The notes under the pieces were generated by a model. That model saw only the letters and a list, made by a program, of their open reading frames with translations. It was not told where the DNA came from and ran no database searches. DNA of 64,000 nucleotides from Methylophaga sp. (GTDB taxonomy: Bacteria; Pseudomonadota; Gammaproteobacteria; Nitrosococcales; Methylophagaceae), in the NCBI RefSeq assembly GCF_048266885.1, contig NZ_JBLWYR010000013.1, positions 6,783-70,782 on the forward strand, given 5' to 3'. A program made the translations under genes and the position numbers. Shown here in pieces: positions 1 to 10,783 of this stretch (positions within the stretch are counted from its first letter, which is position 1; each line of letters opens with the position of its first letter).

Positions 1-2
1 TA

Positions 3-548
3 TGTAATTCAATTGGCATTGAGTACGTGAGTCCAAAAGATGACTCCATTTCTGTAATAGAAAGAATTAGAGATGCAGAATATGTAATTGCAGAATCAAT
101 GCACGCTGCAATCATTGCTGATGCATATAGAATTCCGTGGATACCAGTTTCAATTTCAAATCAATACAATACGTTTAAATGGGATGATTGGGCATCTAGT
201 CTTGAGATGTCAGTTGATACATATGAGATGTTAGGTTTTCCAAAAGAGCTGTACTCTAAAATCAAAGAGTTTCGTGAGATTACAAACAAATACTTTAAAT
301 TTAAATCAGATAAAGGCATAAAAAAAGGTATTAACGAAAAGCATATAGTTGAAAAGAATAAAGGCGAGAGTGAGAGGGTAAAAAAATTAATAAGTAAATA
401 TGAGATCGTATTCGAATATTTAATTAAAAAAGGTTTGCGAAATTCAAAATCAAGAATGATGATGCAAAGTAATATTAGTGTTTATACAAGAAAAATTGAA
501 TTAATAGATGAGAAAATTGATTTGATTAACAGACAGATTTCCTTATAA
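3..548 (+). CDS. Polysaccharide pyruvyl transferase family protein, C-terminal fragment (5' end outside window)
   Basis: The frame is open from the window edge, with no stop from nt 3. The segment DAEYVIAESMHAAIIADAYRIPWIPV resembles the conserved C-terminal region of ExoV/WcaK-type pyruvyl transferases. It sits at the edge of an EPS locus. Confidence 0.55.
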   Translation, partial: CNSIGIEYVSPKDDSISVIERIRDAEYVIAESMHAAIIADAYRIPWIPVSISNQYNTFKWDDWASSLEMSVDTYEMLGFPKELYSKIKEFREITNKYFKFKSDKGIKKGINEKHIVEKNKGESERVKKLISKYEIVFEYLIKKGLRNSKSRMMMQSNISVYTRKIELIDEKIDLINRQISL

Positions 549-622
549 GTAATAGGATTTAGTTGAGAAGATTTTCCAATTTAATAAGAAGTATGAATGA
601 ATGGTGGAGTTAGTAATGGTAA

Positions 623-1456
623 TCATTTAATTTCATAAATATTTAATACCCTCATTGCATCATCAGGTTTCATATGTTCCTTATTTTTAAGATATTTATT
701 CATTTCATTCAGTGCTTCGGAATGACTGTACGATTTTGCAGTCGGCCTGAGTGAGTGAGCGATTGGTACGGCATCAATGATACCCATTGATAGTTTGTGT
801 TTTTTTACTTCGATTGGCCAAACAAAATCAAGTCCCCAGCCCATAGGAGAGCTAGTATCCAGTGGTAATAAATGCTCGTGAAGTTCTCTTTTTATTGAAA
901 CAAGTGGACCTATTTCTACAAATTGTGTTTCACGAGCAAGTATATTTGGAATGCGAGTCGTTATTTGATGAGAAATATAGCTTTCAGGCGTTCTAGCTGG
1001 TTGAGCTAATGAGAAACTTGTAAATTCTTGAACAGAAATGTACTTATTAATGAAATCAGCTGGCAGTCTTATATCATCATCTAAAATTATGACATAGTCA
1101 GGATTAAAGCTTTTGTATTTTGTCCAAAGTGAATTAATTATTTCTGATCTGGGTGTGAAGTTATAAAACAGCTCGAAAAATACTCTATCCGTAGAAATAT
1201 ATGATTTTTCCTTTTTAGGTTTGATAACTGCCCAAATTTGTTTTACGTCATGTTCAGATTGATTCAATTCTTTTTTAATATGTCTAAAATGATTTTTTCT
1301 ATCCTCTAGAACAACGCCAAGTACTAAAATATTTTTCTTTGTAACTGAAAAATTTGCTATTTTAGCCGATTTTGGTCTAATTAATAATAAATCCGAAATT
1401 ATTCTCTTATAGCTTGTCAGTTTTCTATTAACTTTAAATAAAATATCTAATGACAT
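623..1456 (-). CDS. DUF707-like / GT-A-like putative glycosyltransferase
   Basis: 277-aa ORF with IILDDDIRLP (DxD-like) and FVEIGPLV...SPMGWGLDFVW. I recall the latter as the DUF707 signature (..GWGLDF..); this was not searched. Confidence 0.45.
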   Translation of the reverse strand: MSLDILFKVNRKLTSYKRIISDLLLIRPKSAKIANFSVTKKNILVLGVVLEDRKNHFRHIKKELNQSEHDVKQIWAVIKPKKEKSYISTDRVFFELFYNFTPRSEIINSLWTKYKSFNPDYVIILDDDIRLPADFINKYISVQEFTSFSLAQPARTPESYISHQITTRIPNILARETQFVEIGPLVSIKRELHEHLLPLDTSSPMGWGLDFVWPIEVKKHKLSMGIIDAVPIAHSLRPTAKSYSHSEALNEMNKYLKNKEHMKPDDAMRVLNIYEIK

Positions 1457-1536
1457 TAGTTATATACCTTTTAGATGAAAATAGGATATTAAATAATTGA
1501 TAGTTCAAATAAGACGAATAATTTTAAAATCTATAT

Positions 1537-2682
1537 TCAAGATTTATGTATGTTATTACAAATATGTAATATTTCTGAACTCCAAGCACTCCAATTAAGA
1601 CGGGTATCAAAACTTATTCGGCTTGTCTTACACAATTCTTTAAAGACTTCTCTATCATTGATAACTCTCATTATCAAATCAACATATTGTTCTGCTTTTG
1701 CATCTACATTAAGTAAATAACCATTTGTGCCAATTTCAATAAGTGTTGGTATTCCACCCACATTTGTGGTGATAACTGGGGTACCAAATGCATTTGCTTC
1801 AGCAATAACCATTGGTGTGCAATCTGCCTTAGTAGGTAGGATCAAAAAATGCGCTTCACTTAAAATTTGAAAATATTTTATTTTTTGTTCGGAAACACTC
1901 TTGTTTATGTAAGGTATTATTTCTACATCTTCTAGTAATCTGGCTTCTTCTGGATCACTACCAATAATAGTTAGCTTAACAGTGTGGCCTTGCGATTTTA
2001 AAAGGTTGAACGTTGAAATTACTAGCTCTCCCCCTTTACGCTTCCAATCCCTTCCAACGAATAACAAGTTAATCTTTCCAGAAACATTCTTATCTGGAAT
2101 AAATTCAGGGATACCCTCCAGGTTAAGTCCAAAAGGGACAACTTTGAATTTGTTATCAACTGGATTTTTTGTTGAATATTCTAATTTGGCTCTGTTTGCC
2201 ATAAATTCGGACGAATAGACCACGGCAGTAGCTGCTTCAATAGCAATTTTTTCTTGAACATAGGCTTCAGGTTTTATTGGCCAATTGTAAAATTCTTCAA
2301 GAAAGCTAGGTGTTGCGTCAGTTACAAATATAATAGGCGGGAGGGAAGGATTTGTGGCAATTTTTGCCACTAAAGAACTACAGACTGGAGCGATAATAAA
2401 GTCTATAGAAGTTTTTCTAAGTTCGATATTTACTTGTCTCACAAAAAAAAGGAGCTCTAAATTTTTCAGTTTTTTATGAATTAAAGGCGAGAATTTGAAA
2501 ATTCGCTTAATAGCTCTTATTAAAATGCATGATAATGCTTTTCTTGTAAGAATCGCCTCGCCCAATAAATGCACTTCAAAGTCTTGATTGCCGTTTAATG
2601 CATTAAACATATAAAAGCCTGTACCGCTAAAGCTTTTAACATCATAGGGATTGTCTATAGCTAGGTAACCAATTTTGGGCAT
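1537..2682 (-). CDS. Glycosyltransferase family 4 (GT-B fold)
   Basis: 381 aa. The C-terminal EANAFGTPVITTNVGGIPTLIE matches the E-x7-E sugar-nucleotide binding region of GT4 enzymes. Confidence 0.8.
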   Translation of the reverse strand: MPKIGYLAIDNPYDVKSFSGTGFYMFNALNGNQDFEVHLLGEAILTRKALSCILIRAIKRIFKFSPLIHKKLKNLELLFFVRQVNIELRKTSIDFIIAPVCSSLVAKIATNPSLPPIIFVTDATPSFLEEFYNWPIKPEAYVQEKIAIEAATAVVYSSEFMANRAKLEYSTKNPVDNKFKVVPFGLNLEGIPEFIPDKNVSGKINLLFVGRDWKRKGGELVISTFNLLKSQGHTVKLTIIGSDPEEARLLEDVEIIPYINKSVSEQKIKYFQILSEAHFLILPTKADCTPMVIAEANAFGTPVITTNVGGIPTLIEIGTNGYLLNVDAKAEQYVDLIMRVINDREVFKELCKTSRISFDTRLNWSAWSSEILHICNNIHKS

Positions 2683-2741
2683 TATGAACTCACCATGAAA
2701 GTCTACAAATAATTACAAATAGTCTCAATCTTTGTATGATG

Positions 2742-3635
2742 TTAAATTATTTTATCAAATTCAATTTCATTTAATATTCCTTGGAAATGCTCATCAGTTA
2801 CACTTAAACGCCAATCAAGCTTACTCAATGGCAATCCATTCTTCACATGATTATCAAGTTCAGAATATCTGGTATTACCCAATAATACTGATTTCATTAT
2901 AAAACATGGACCAGCATTTAAAGAAGAGCATTCACGTTGTAACCTACTAAGCTCCTTATCTTGTTTTAACATCCATTGATAGATATAAAAGGCTAAGAAA
3001 TAGGATGGATGAACCTTTTTCATATTTTGGTAGTATTTTTCAAGGTTTTTTTGCCATGCAGTTATGAGTGGTTGATTTGGAATTGATGCAATAAACCAGT
3101 TCTCTATATCCCGATCATCAGATGGATTTGAAAACATAAAAAAACCGTTATTTGATAATAATGGTAACCATTCAGATAGCGGTCTATGACAATAAGTCGT
3201 TGCATCGGTCCATACGCCTCCATATTCTTTTAAGAGTATTGTCCTCAAAAGATTTGCTTGATATCGGACGGGTAAATATTCAGGTAATTTAGGTAACTCA
3301 ACATATTTAGTTAAACTTTCAGCATCTAAAACGATGATCTCCCAATCAATATTTTTTTTACGCCAACTTTCGATGCATTTTTTTACAACTAGTGGAGCCG
3401 TTATCTCACCTTGAGCCCAATATATCCAAACTTTTTTTGGAACTGGATTTGCATAATAAGATTTTAAATGAGTATCAGTATTTTTTGCTTGATCATTTTT
3501 AACTATATCAAAATACTTCCCATTCACTTTATTTAACTGTTTGGCATATATTTCAAATCTTGGTGAATAAATAAAAAAGTCGAAAAACCATTTATAAAAT
3601 GAATAAATGCTCCTTAAGTATTTTTTTAAAGACAT
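2742..3635 (-). CDS. Capsular polysaccharide synthesis protein family (Caps_synth / OCH1-like glycosyltransferase)
   Basis: 297 aa. KVWIYWAQGEITAPLVVKKCIESWRKKN and the IVLDAESL region are typical of the PF05704-type family as I recall it. Confidence 0.55.
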   Translation of the reverse strand: MSLKKYLRSIYSFYKWFFDFFIYSPRFEIYAKQLNKVNGKYFDIVKNDQAKNTDTHLKSYYANPVPKKVWIYWAQGEITAPLVVKKCIESWRKKNIDWEIIVLDAESLTKYVELPKLPEYLPVRYQANLLRTILLKEYGGVWTDATTYCHRPLSEWLPLLSNNGFFMFSNPSDDRDIENWFIASIPNQPLITAWQKNLEKYYQNMKKVHPSYFLAFYIYQWMLKQDKELSRLQRECSSLNAGPCFIMKSVLLGNTRYSELDNHVKNGLPLSKLDWRLSVTDEHFQGILNEIEFDKII

Positions 3636-3658
3636 TAATTTTTACTCATATTGTTTTA

Positions 3659-4990
3659 CTATATATTAGATTTATATACCCAAAAACTAACTAATCCAAT
3701 AAGAATGATCAAGAAAAGATCTATATACCAGAACCAAATGCGAAACTTGTAGAGATAGAATATTTCAACGAAATAGTAAAGTACTGATGAAATAGTAATT
3801 CCAGCGACTAACCCTGCAGAACCATATAGTGCTGAACCGATTAACATTGATGAGATTAGTAATGCTGCTTTTATTCCAATAGTGAATGCAAATAGTCCAG
3901 ATCTGCCAAAACCTAAGTAAAATGGTCCAACATTTGTAGCTATTTGAAAGGCAACACCAGCGGCTAAAACTTGTAGCATCCAACCTGCATTTATATACCT
4001 CTCATCGTAAAGTAATTCGGTAATGTGGCTACCAAATATAAGTAAAAAGAGTGCAATTGGTAATAACATTCCACAAATAAGTAGTTTAGATCGAAGAACT
4101 TTTTTTCTTATTTCCTTTTCGCTTTCGTCTTGGATTTTTGAGTAAACTGGAAATAATACCTTTCGATTGAGTGAGAATAAAATTGACCTTGGTACTTCAG
4201 CGAGCGTCAATGCAATGGTATAAATCCCAAGCTCAGTAAGTGAGAGAACCTTACCAATTATCATTTTGTCCGCTTGGTTCGCTAAAAAACCAAAAATGCT
4301 ACTAATAAATATCCATTTTCCAAAAGAAATGATTTGTCGCATACTTAACCAGTCGACGACAAAGCGATGTTTAAAACCATCGTTTAGAAATATGTGTCCA
4401 GCAAAAACACCAATTAAGCTTGATATGACATTACCCCAAACAAGTGCCCAAACTGAATTAGTATAGAATGCGAATATAATAGTAAGTACCACACTGGATA
4501 CTTGGATTCCCAAGGTTACTATCGAAAGTTTGAATATTTTTAACTCTTTATTAGCCACAGCCAGAGATGTAGTACTAAATCCTTTTATAGCTAATGTGCT
4601 ACCAAGAGCGCATATTAATGGGAAAAGAATTGGAGATTCGTAAGTTAGGGCTATAGGATATGCTATTAAACATGCAAAGGCCCAAAGTATGACTCCACGA
4701 AATATCTGTGCAACCCATGCAGTGTTTCTGAAGTAACCTTTTGAACCACTTTTATTTTGTATTACAGACTGCTCAATTCCAATATCACTCAACATTGTCA
4801 AACCAACTAATATCGCGGTTGCCAAAGCCATTATTCCGAAGGCTTCTGGAAAAAGGATTCTAGTTAGAATCAGATTCGAGATGAGGCGTAAGATTTGCTG
4901 TAGTCCGTAACTTGCAAAAGTTATGGATGAACTTCGCAATATCCTTGCTCGCAGGTTTTCACCTTTGAAGTTTTTAGTAATAAATTTCAT
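3659..4990 (-). CDS. Wzx-like polysaccharide flippase (MOP superfamily)
   Basis: About 12 hydrophobic segments throughout. The N-terminus (ILRSSSITFASYGLQQILRLISNLILTRILFPEAFG) is typical of polysaccharide biosynthesis/export proteins. ATG 4990 was chosen; a TTG at 5011 is an alternative start. Confidence 0.7.
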   Translation of the reverse strand: MKFITKNFKGENLRARILRSSSITFASYGLQQILRLISNLILTRILFPEAFGIMALATAILVGLTMLSDIGIEQSVIQNKSGSKGYFRNTAWVAQIFRGVILWAFACLIAYPIALTYESPILFPLICALGSTLAIKGFSTTSLAVANKELKIFKLSIVTLGIQVSSVVLTIIFAFYTNSVWALVWGNVISSLIGVFAGHIFLNDGFKHRFVVDWLSMRQIISFGKWIFISSIFGFLANQADKMIIGKVLSLTELGIYTIALTLAEVPRSILFSLNRKVLFPVYSKIQDESEKEIRKKVLRSKLLICGMLLPIALFLLIFGSHITELLYDERYINAGWMLQVLAAGVAFQIATNVGPFYLGFGRSGLFAFTIGIKAALLISSMLIGSALYGSAGLVAGITISSVLYYFVEIFYLYKFRIWFWYIDLFLIILIGLVSFWVYKSNI

Positions 4991-5247
4991 GTTTTGTTGG
5001 TGAGCTATCAAGTTATTTGGGAGTGGGGGATTTCACAAAGTGTTATTACTTATTCGATTAATTTAATATTTTAAAAAACGAAAAGTTTGTTTGTTGGTGT
5101 AGGCACTCCATGAGTTGGCATTAATTCCTTCAAGTGAAGTCTTGCTTAACAGCTAGCTACCTAAACTAATTACAAAATGCCTTATTCGCGTTTACAGAGG
5201 CATCATTACCCTTTAAGCTCCGCACATACTAGTCGCTAAATTATCCT

Positions 5248-6609
5248 ATGCCAAATACATTTGCTTATATTGCTTTACTCTCTTGGCCTTTTGTCACTTT
5301 TTTCTTGTTGAGAAAATATGGTATTGGCCCAGGATCCTTAATTTCCCTTTTGGCAGCTTATATGTTTCTGCCAGCCTCTTTTTCTATCAACTTGCCTGGG
5401 TTACCTGATCCTGATAAGTTTTCAATAACTACTTTTACAATCTTGTGTTTTATTCTTCTTCGGGGTGGGAAATTAGGTTTTGGTTACTTGGATAAGCGTT
5501 TTAAGTTATTGTTATTATTGTTCATTATTTCCCCCTTCGTTACTGCAATAACAAATCAAGAACGTTATTTACATTTACCCGGACTGACGCTTTATGATGG
5601 CTTTAGTAATTCAGTGATCAGTTTTTTAGAGTTTATTCCTTTTTTAATAGGTTTAACCTATTTTCGAGAAGAAAAAGATCAGTTCAGACTTTTTAAGTAC
5701 TTTGCTCTAGCTAGTTTGGTATATGCATTCCTTGCTTTGTATGAAATCAGAATGAGTCCTCAATTACATAATATAGTCTATGGCTATTTTCCGCATTCTT
5801 GGATACAACAATATCGCTCGGGCGGGTTTAGAGCTGTCGTTTTTATGGGGCATGGACTCTTAGTGGCTATGTTTTTAGCTCTAGGAGTTGTTTTCTGGGC
5901 CTCTTTAAAACAAGCAAAATATAAAGTTTTTAGGTATAGCAACACATTTGGTTTAGCAGTTGTTTTTATAACGCTTTTATTATCTAAAAGTTTAGCTGCA
6001 CTAATTTACGGCTTGTTTGCAGTGATTTTTATAAGATTTTTCAAATCAAAGCAAATCTACTTTGCATCTGTTTTGATGGCGTTGATTTTTATAACTTACC
6101 CAATTTCATCGGCAACAGGGCTCTTTCCTCACGGCATGGTAGTTAATCTAGCAAGTGAGATTAGTACGGAAAGAGCGGGATCACTGGATTATAGGTTTAG
6201 GAATGAAAGTATGTTGCTTGATCGAGCTAGTGAAAAATCCTTGTTTGGATGGGGGACTTGGGGGCGGAATAGAATTTATGATCTAGAGACCGGTGAAGAT
6301 ATTAGTGTGACTGATGGTGAGTGGATAATTAAAATTGGTACTTCGGGTTGGTTAGGCTTTTTATCAACATATCTATTTTTATTCCTGCCAGTGTGGATAG
6401 CATTTAGAAGAAATAAGCAGATGAAGTTTACATCTCAACAGTCTCAAATACTCTTTTCAGGCCATTGTTTAGCTGTTGGTTTGCTCATGATTGATCAATT
6501 ACCAAACGCTTCATTTAATCCATTATATTGGTGTCTTGCTGGAAGTCTGCTAGGTCGAGCTCAAAGCTTATTGTCAAGCGGATCTAACGTTGGTAATAAA
6601 ACTATTTAA
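5248..6609 (+). CDS. O-antigen ligase / Wzy-like polymerase family membrane protein
   Basis: 453 aa and polytopic, with a large loop late in the protein (SLDYRFRNESMLLDRASEKSLFGWGTWG) as in the Wzy_C/O-antigen ligase family. It is divergent from the flippase gene. Confidence 0.6.
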   Translation: MPNTFAYIALLSWPFVTFFLLRKYGIGPGSLISLLAAYMFLPASFSINLPGLPDPDKFSITTFTILCFILLRGGKLGFGYLDKRFKLLLLLFIISPFVTAITNQERYLHLPGLTLYDGFSNSVISFLEFIPFLIGLTYFREEKDQFRLFKYFALASLVYAFLALYEIRMSPQLHNIVYGYFPHSWIQQYRSGGFRAVVFMGHGLLVAMFLALGVVFWASLKQAKYKVFRYSNTFGLAVVFITLLLSKSLAALIYGLFAVIFIRFFKSKQIYFASVLMALIFITYPISSATGLFPHGMVVNLASEISTERAGSLDYRFRNESMLLDRASEKSLFGWGTWGRNRIYDLETGEDISVTDGEWIIKIGTSGWLGFLSTYLFLFLPVWIAFRRNKQMKFTSQQSQILFSGHCLAVGLLMIDQLPNASFNPLYWCLAGSLLGRAQSLLSSGSNVGNKTI

Positions 6610-6626
6610 AGGGATAATGATTAAAT

Positions 6627-7682
6627 ATGTTAGCGAGCAACAATATAGCAAGAATTTTTTATATTATTCCCGACTTACATCAAAGAACTCCCTTTTCCCT
6701 AAAAGCTTTGCTAAAGAATATTTTTAGACTCAAGACAATTAACTATCTTCAAAAATGTTTTATTCGAAAGCATAAGCCAGCTGGCGGTATTAAGGTCATT
6801 TATCAACACTGTCTTTTATTAAGGGAGCTTGGTTATTCTGTTCATCCTGTATTAATGGGAGAGTACCATGGCAATTTTTTTCACTATGACATTGCTACCG
6901 TAAAATTCAAAGAAATAATAAATACAATAACTGAGAACGATGTAGTTATAGCTACTGAGTTTGCGCCTTATCAAGGCCTTCTATTCAAAAAAGCTACAAA
7001 AATTTTATTTTTGCAAAACTGGGTTGGTCTTATTAAATGGCTAAAACCTGAAGATAAAGAAAAGAATTATTTTCAGTTAGGTTATGATTCAGTAATAACC
7101 TGCAGCCAATATTGTTCGGAATACGTCGAACAACATATGAAAATTTCTGCAACTACTATTACTAACGGTATTGACTTGTTTTCTTTCAAACCTGAACCAC
7201 AGAAAAGAATACCTAATCGGATATTGGCTATGTCCCGTAAAAACCTTGCAGATTTAAAAATAATCAAACATTTTTTAAATAATAGCGATTATGAAATTAG
7301 GATTGTCGATGGATTGACACAGAAACAACTAATTGACGAATATCAATCTGCTGATATTTTTTTAGCAACGGGATATCCAGAAGGCTTTTCATTACCACCC
7401 CTCGAAGCCATGGCATGTGGTTGCATGGTAGTGGGATTCACTGGTGGTGCAGGGCGTGAGTTTATGCTACATAATGAAACTGCTTTAGTGGCAGAAGATG
7501 GTGATTGCCAAGCTGTGGTGGAAATGTTGTTAGCATTACAAGCTGAACCGGAAAAAAAAGAAACAATACGTTTGCAGGGTTTAGCTAAAGCCAATGATTA
7601 TGGATTGAAAAATACTAAGCTAGAGCTTGATAGTTTTTATCAACAACTTATTAATTCATCTAAAAACATTAAGGTAAATTGA
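6627..7682 (+). CDS. Glycosyltransferase family 1 (GT-B)
   Basis: 351 aa. EGFSLPPLEAMACGCMVVGFTGGAGREF is the GT1 C-terminal E-x7-E region. Confidence 0.75.
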   Translation: MLASNNIARIFYIIPDLHQRTPFSLKALLKNIFRLKTINYLQKCFIRKHKPAGGIKVIYQHCLLLRELGYSVHPVLMGEYHGNFFHYDIATVKFKEIINTITENDVVIATEFAPYQGLLFKKATKILFLQNWVGLIKWLKPEDKEKNYFQLGYDSVITCSQYCSEYVEQHMKISATTITNGIDLFSFKPEPQKRIPNRILAMSRKNLADLKIIKHFLNNSDYEIRIVDGLTQKQLIDEYQSADIFLATGYPEGFSLPPLEAMACGCMVVGFTGGAGREFMLHNETALVAEDGDCQAVVEMLLALQAEPEKKETIRLQGLAKANDYGLKNTKLELDSFYQQLINSSKNIKVN

Positions 7683-7684
7683 AA

Positions 7685-8680
7685 ATGGCAGCTTCTATTG
7701 ATTTCCGGGTATTAGTTTCGGTTGTCAATTATCGTTCAGCAGCGCTTGTTTGCAGAATGTTACCGGACTTGATTCATCAAATAGATAAATCTAGAGATCG
7801 TATTGTTATTGTGGATAATCAATCACCTGATGATTCTTTTAAAATTTTGACTGATTTCGTAAATAAAGCCGGATTTATTGAATATGTTGATGTAGTACTT
7901 GCAGAAAAAAATGGGGGGTTTTCCTATGGTAATAATTTAGCTATCAAAACTGCAATTAATAGATATCAAAAAACTCCTTCCTTTATCTGGCTCTTGAATC
8001 CTGATACTCGAGTGTTAGATGGGGCTTTAACCAATTTAGTTAGTTTTTTTGATACGTCTCCCAAAGCAGGTATTTTAGGCAGCCGATTAGAATCAGAAAA
8101 TGGTGCCCCCCAAGAATCCGCATTTAACTTTTGTAGCTTGGCAAGTGAATTTCTCGCAAGTACAAGTATTGGATATCTTAATCGTATTTTTTCAAAATCA
8201 TTAGTAAGTCTAAATTACATTCCAGACTCACCAACACTATGTGACTGGGTTGCAGGTGCGAGCATGTTTATTCGTTATTCTGTGATCGAAAATATCGGTC
8301 TGATGGATGAAACATATTTTCTTTATTTTGAAGAAACAGATTTTTGTCTTCAATCTGTTAGGGCTGGTTGGGAATGTTGGTATGTGCCCTCCAGTCGGGT
8401 TATACACTATGTTGGGCAAAGTACTGGTGTAATTCGAGGGGATGCTCTTCGCCGAAGACGTCCCAAATATTGGTTTCAATCAAGACAATATTATTTTTTA
8501 AAAAATCATGGTTTAAGTTATACGATGGCTGCAGATCTTATCTGGGGAATTGGGTTTGGTTTATTAAAGATTCGCTACTTTGTTCAGCGCAAAAAAACTA
8601 ATAATCCAAAAAATATGCTTAGAGACTTCTGGCGAAATAGCATTTTTCTGTCGTGGCTAGATAGGAAACAGGATGTTTGA
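7685..8680 (+). CDS. Glycosyltransferase family 2
   Basis: LVSVVNYRSAAL...IVIVDNQSPDDS...NGGFSYGNN...FLYFEETDFCLQ is a classic rhamnosyl/GT2 (WbbL-like) pattern. The ATG at 7685 follows AAGG; the TTG at 7679 overlaps the upstream stop. Confidence 0.75.
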   Translation: MAASIDFRVLVSVVNYRSAALVCRMLPDLIHQIDKSRDRIVIVDNQSPDDSFKILTDFVNKAGFIEYVDVVLAEKNGGFSYGNNLAIKTAINRYQKTPSFIWLLNPDTRVLDGALTNLVSFFDTSPKAGILGSRLESENGAPQESAFNFCSLASEFLASTSIGYLNRIFSKSLVSLNYIPDSPTLCDWVAGASMFIRYSVIENIGLMDETYFLYFEETDFCLQSVRAGWECWYVPSSRVIHYVGQSTGVIRGDALRRRRPKYWFQSRQYYFLKNHGLSYTMAADLIWGIGFGLLKIRYFVQRKKTNNPKNMLRDFWRNSIFLSWLDRKQDV

Positions 8681-9197
8681 AAATATCAGACAAGATAGGA
8701 AGGCGAATTCGAAATCAATCAATCATGCAGGTTTTCGTACTTTAGTTGTCTACCGCTTTGGCCGATGGCGTATGACGATAAACAACAAACTATTAAGGAC
8801 ACCACTAAGTTTTCTCTACCGGCAAATGGAAAAGCATGTGCGGTTCAAATATGGAATTGAATTACCTTATACGGTGATGTTAGGCAATAACGTTACTTTT
8901 GAGCATCAACACGGGATAGTGATTCATGGCCAGGCTAAAATAGGGGATGGTTGTATCATCAGGCAGGGTGTCACTATTGGAAACAAAAGTCTTGAAGCTC
9001 CTTTTGATGCCCCCTCGATAGGAGCGTATGTAAATATAGGTGCTGGGGCCAAAATTCTAGGAAGGGTCCACATTGGTGATCATGCGGCCATAGGCGCAAA
9101 TGCCGTAGTGACATCAGATATACCTGACTATGCTGTGGCAGTTGGCATTCCTGCCAAAGTTATCAAAATAAAGTATCCACAAGGTCAAGATCTATGA
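8673..9197 (+). CDS. Hexapeptide-repeat O-acetyltransferase (CysE/WcaB-like)
   Basis: 174 aa with left-handed beta-helix repeats ([43 protein letters not shown]). It overlaps the upstream gene by 8 nt. Confidence 0.75.
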   Translation: MFENIRQDRKANSKSINHAGFRTLVVYRFGRWRMTINNKLLRTPLSFLYRQMEKHVRFKYGIELPYTVMLGNNVTFEHQHGIVIHGQAKIGDGCIIRQGVTIGNKSLEAPFDAPSIGAYVNIGAGAKILGRVHIGDHAAIGANAVVTSDIPDYAVAVGIPAKVIKIKYPQGQDL

Positions 9198-9715
9198 CGG
9201 TTTCTGCTGAACAAGCTGATTGGAGCCGAGAAAAGCCTCGCCAGTTCTGGGATCCCTCCAGAAAACTCTTATCGAGTATCCGTGACTATCAAGCTTTAAA
9301 TCAAAAAAGCGGATTCTTTTCTAAAATAGTAAAAAAACTAGCAGTTTTGCGTTACCGATTTTGGTCTGCAGTGACGGGGGCAGATATTCCATTAACTATT
9401 GCGATTTCAGGTGGCATTTTGCTGCCGCATCCGAATGGAATTGTGCTTCATCCAAATTCTTATATCGGACCTAATTGTTTAATCCATCAGCAAGTAACTC
9501 TCGGCGTGAAAAGAGGAAATGAAGGTGCACCCAAATTAATGGGGCATGTCGATATAGGAGCTGGAGCCAAGGTTATTGGTGATATCACGATCGGTAAGCA
9601 TGTATTAATCGGAGCAAATGCGGTTGTCACAAAAGATGTCCCTGAATATGCAATAGTCGCTGGTATTCCTGCAAAAATCATTGGGAGCACGGCTGAGGTT
9701 ATTCAAAATGACTGA
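9194..9715 (+). CDS. Hexapeptide-repeat O-acetyltransferase, tandem paralogue
   Basis: 173 aa. [43 protein letters not shown] is clearly paralogous to the preceding ORF. ATGA start/stop overlap at 9194. Confidence 0.75.
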   Translation: MTVSAEQADWSREKPRQFWDPSRKLLSSIRDYQALNQKSGFFSKIVKKLAVLRYRFWSAVTGADIPLTIAISGGILLPHPNGIVLHPNSYIGPNCLIHQQVTLGVKRGNEGAPKLMGHVDIGAGAKVIGDITIGKHVLIGANAVVTKDVPEYAIVAGIPAKIIGSTAEVIQND

Positions 9716-10718
9716 TCAGGACTTGTTCTCTCGTGCCCATCAAAATATTGGTGCTGTGGTGATTGGCCGAAATGAAGGCGAACGTTTAAAACAGTGTCTA
9801 AATTCATTAGTTAATGAGCTTAAGTATATTGTATATGTTGATTCAGGTTCCACAGATGAAAGTGTTGCACTGGCGCAATCATTAGGTGTGATAGTGGTTG
9901 AGCTGGATATGACACAACCTTTTACCGCTGCCCGGGCAAGAAATGCAGGCTTGGCTGCATTAATAGAGAAACATCCAGCTACTCAGTATGTTCAGTTTGT
10001 TGATGGGGACTGCGAGGTTCAGTCTGGATGGATTGCTCAAGCCAAAGATTTTTTGGATAGTCATCCGGATTTTGCTGCAGTGTGTGGACGTCGTCGAGAA
10101 CGATATCCCGATGCCAGTATTTATAACCGATTATGTGATATCGAGTGGGATACGCCGATAGGCGAAGCTAAAGCATGTGGCGGAGATGCTTTATTTCGTT
10201 TAACGGCTCTCCAAGCTGTTGATGGATACCGTGAAGGTCTTATTGCTGGCGAAGAGCCTGAGATGTGTTATCGCATGCGTCAGTTAGGTTGGAAGATTAT
10301 GCGATTAGATGCTGAAATGACATTGCATGATGCTGCAATGACGCGTTTCGGGCAATGGTGGAAGCGTAATCAACGTGCAGGTCATGCCTATGCCGAAAGC
10401 TATGCTTTACATGGAAATGATCAAGAGCACTTTCGTAAAAAAGAAACTCGTAGCATCGTTATTTGGGCAGTTTTAATTCCGCTTACTCTCCTTTTTTTAA
10501 CTATCCTTGAAGACGATTTCATAATCTTATGGTTACTATATCCCGTCCAAATTCTTCGTTTAGCTTTTCAATATAAAAGTAAAATCGGTTCAATTTATGT
10601 TGGGTTTATTTACGCTACATCTAATGTATTAGGTAAATGGCCGCAATTTTTAGGTGTGGTAGAGTTTTTAAAGAATTATGCTCGCGGGAAGCAAGGTGGT
10701 TTAATTGAGTATAAATAA
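9708..10718 (+). CDS. Glycosyltransferase family 2 with C-terminal membrane segment
   Basis: [17 protein letters not shown]...[10 protein letters not shown]...VQFVDGDC is a GT2 DxD pattern, followed by C-terminal hydrophobic segments ([18 protein letters not shown]). The ATG at 9708 (MTDQD) is preferred to the upstream alternative start. Confidence 0.7.
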   Translation: MTDQDLFSRAHQNIGAVVIGRNEGERLKQCLNSLVNELKYIVYVDSGSTDESVALAQSLGVIVVELDMTQPFTAARARNAGLAALIEKHPATQYVQFVDGDCEVQSGWIAQAKDFLDSHPDFAAVCGRRRERYPDASIYNRLCDIEWDTPIGEAKACGGDALFRLTALQAVDGYREGLIAGEEPEMCYRMRQLGWKIMRLDAEMTLHDAAMTRFGQWWKRNQRAGHAYAESYALHGNDQEHFRKKETRSIVIWAVLIPLTLLFLTILEDDFIILWLLYPVQILRLAFQYKSKIGSIYVGFIYATSNVLGKWPQFLGVVEFLKNYARGKQGGLIEYK

Positions 10719-10783
10719 ATTTATTTGTTACATACGCAAGAAACTTACGTAATTAGCTACAACGACTCTGCACACAGGTAGGT

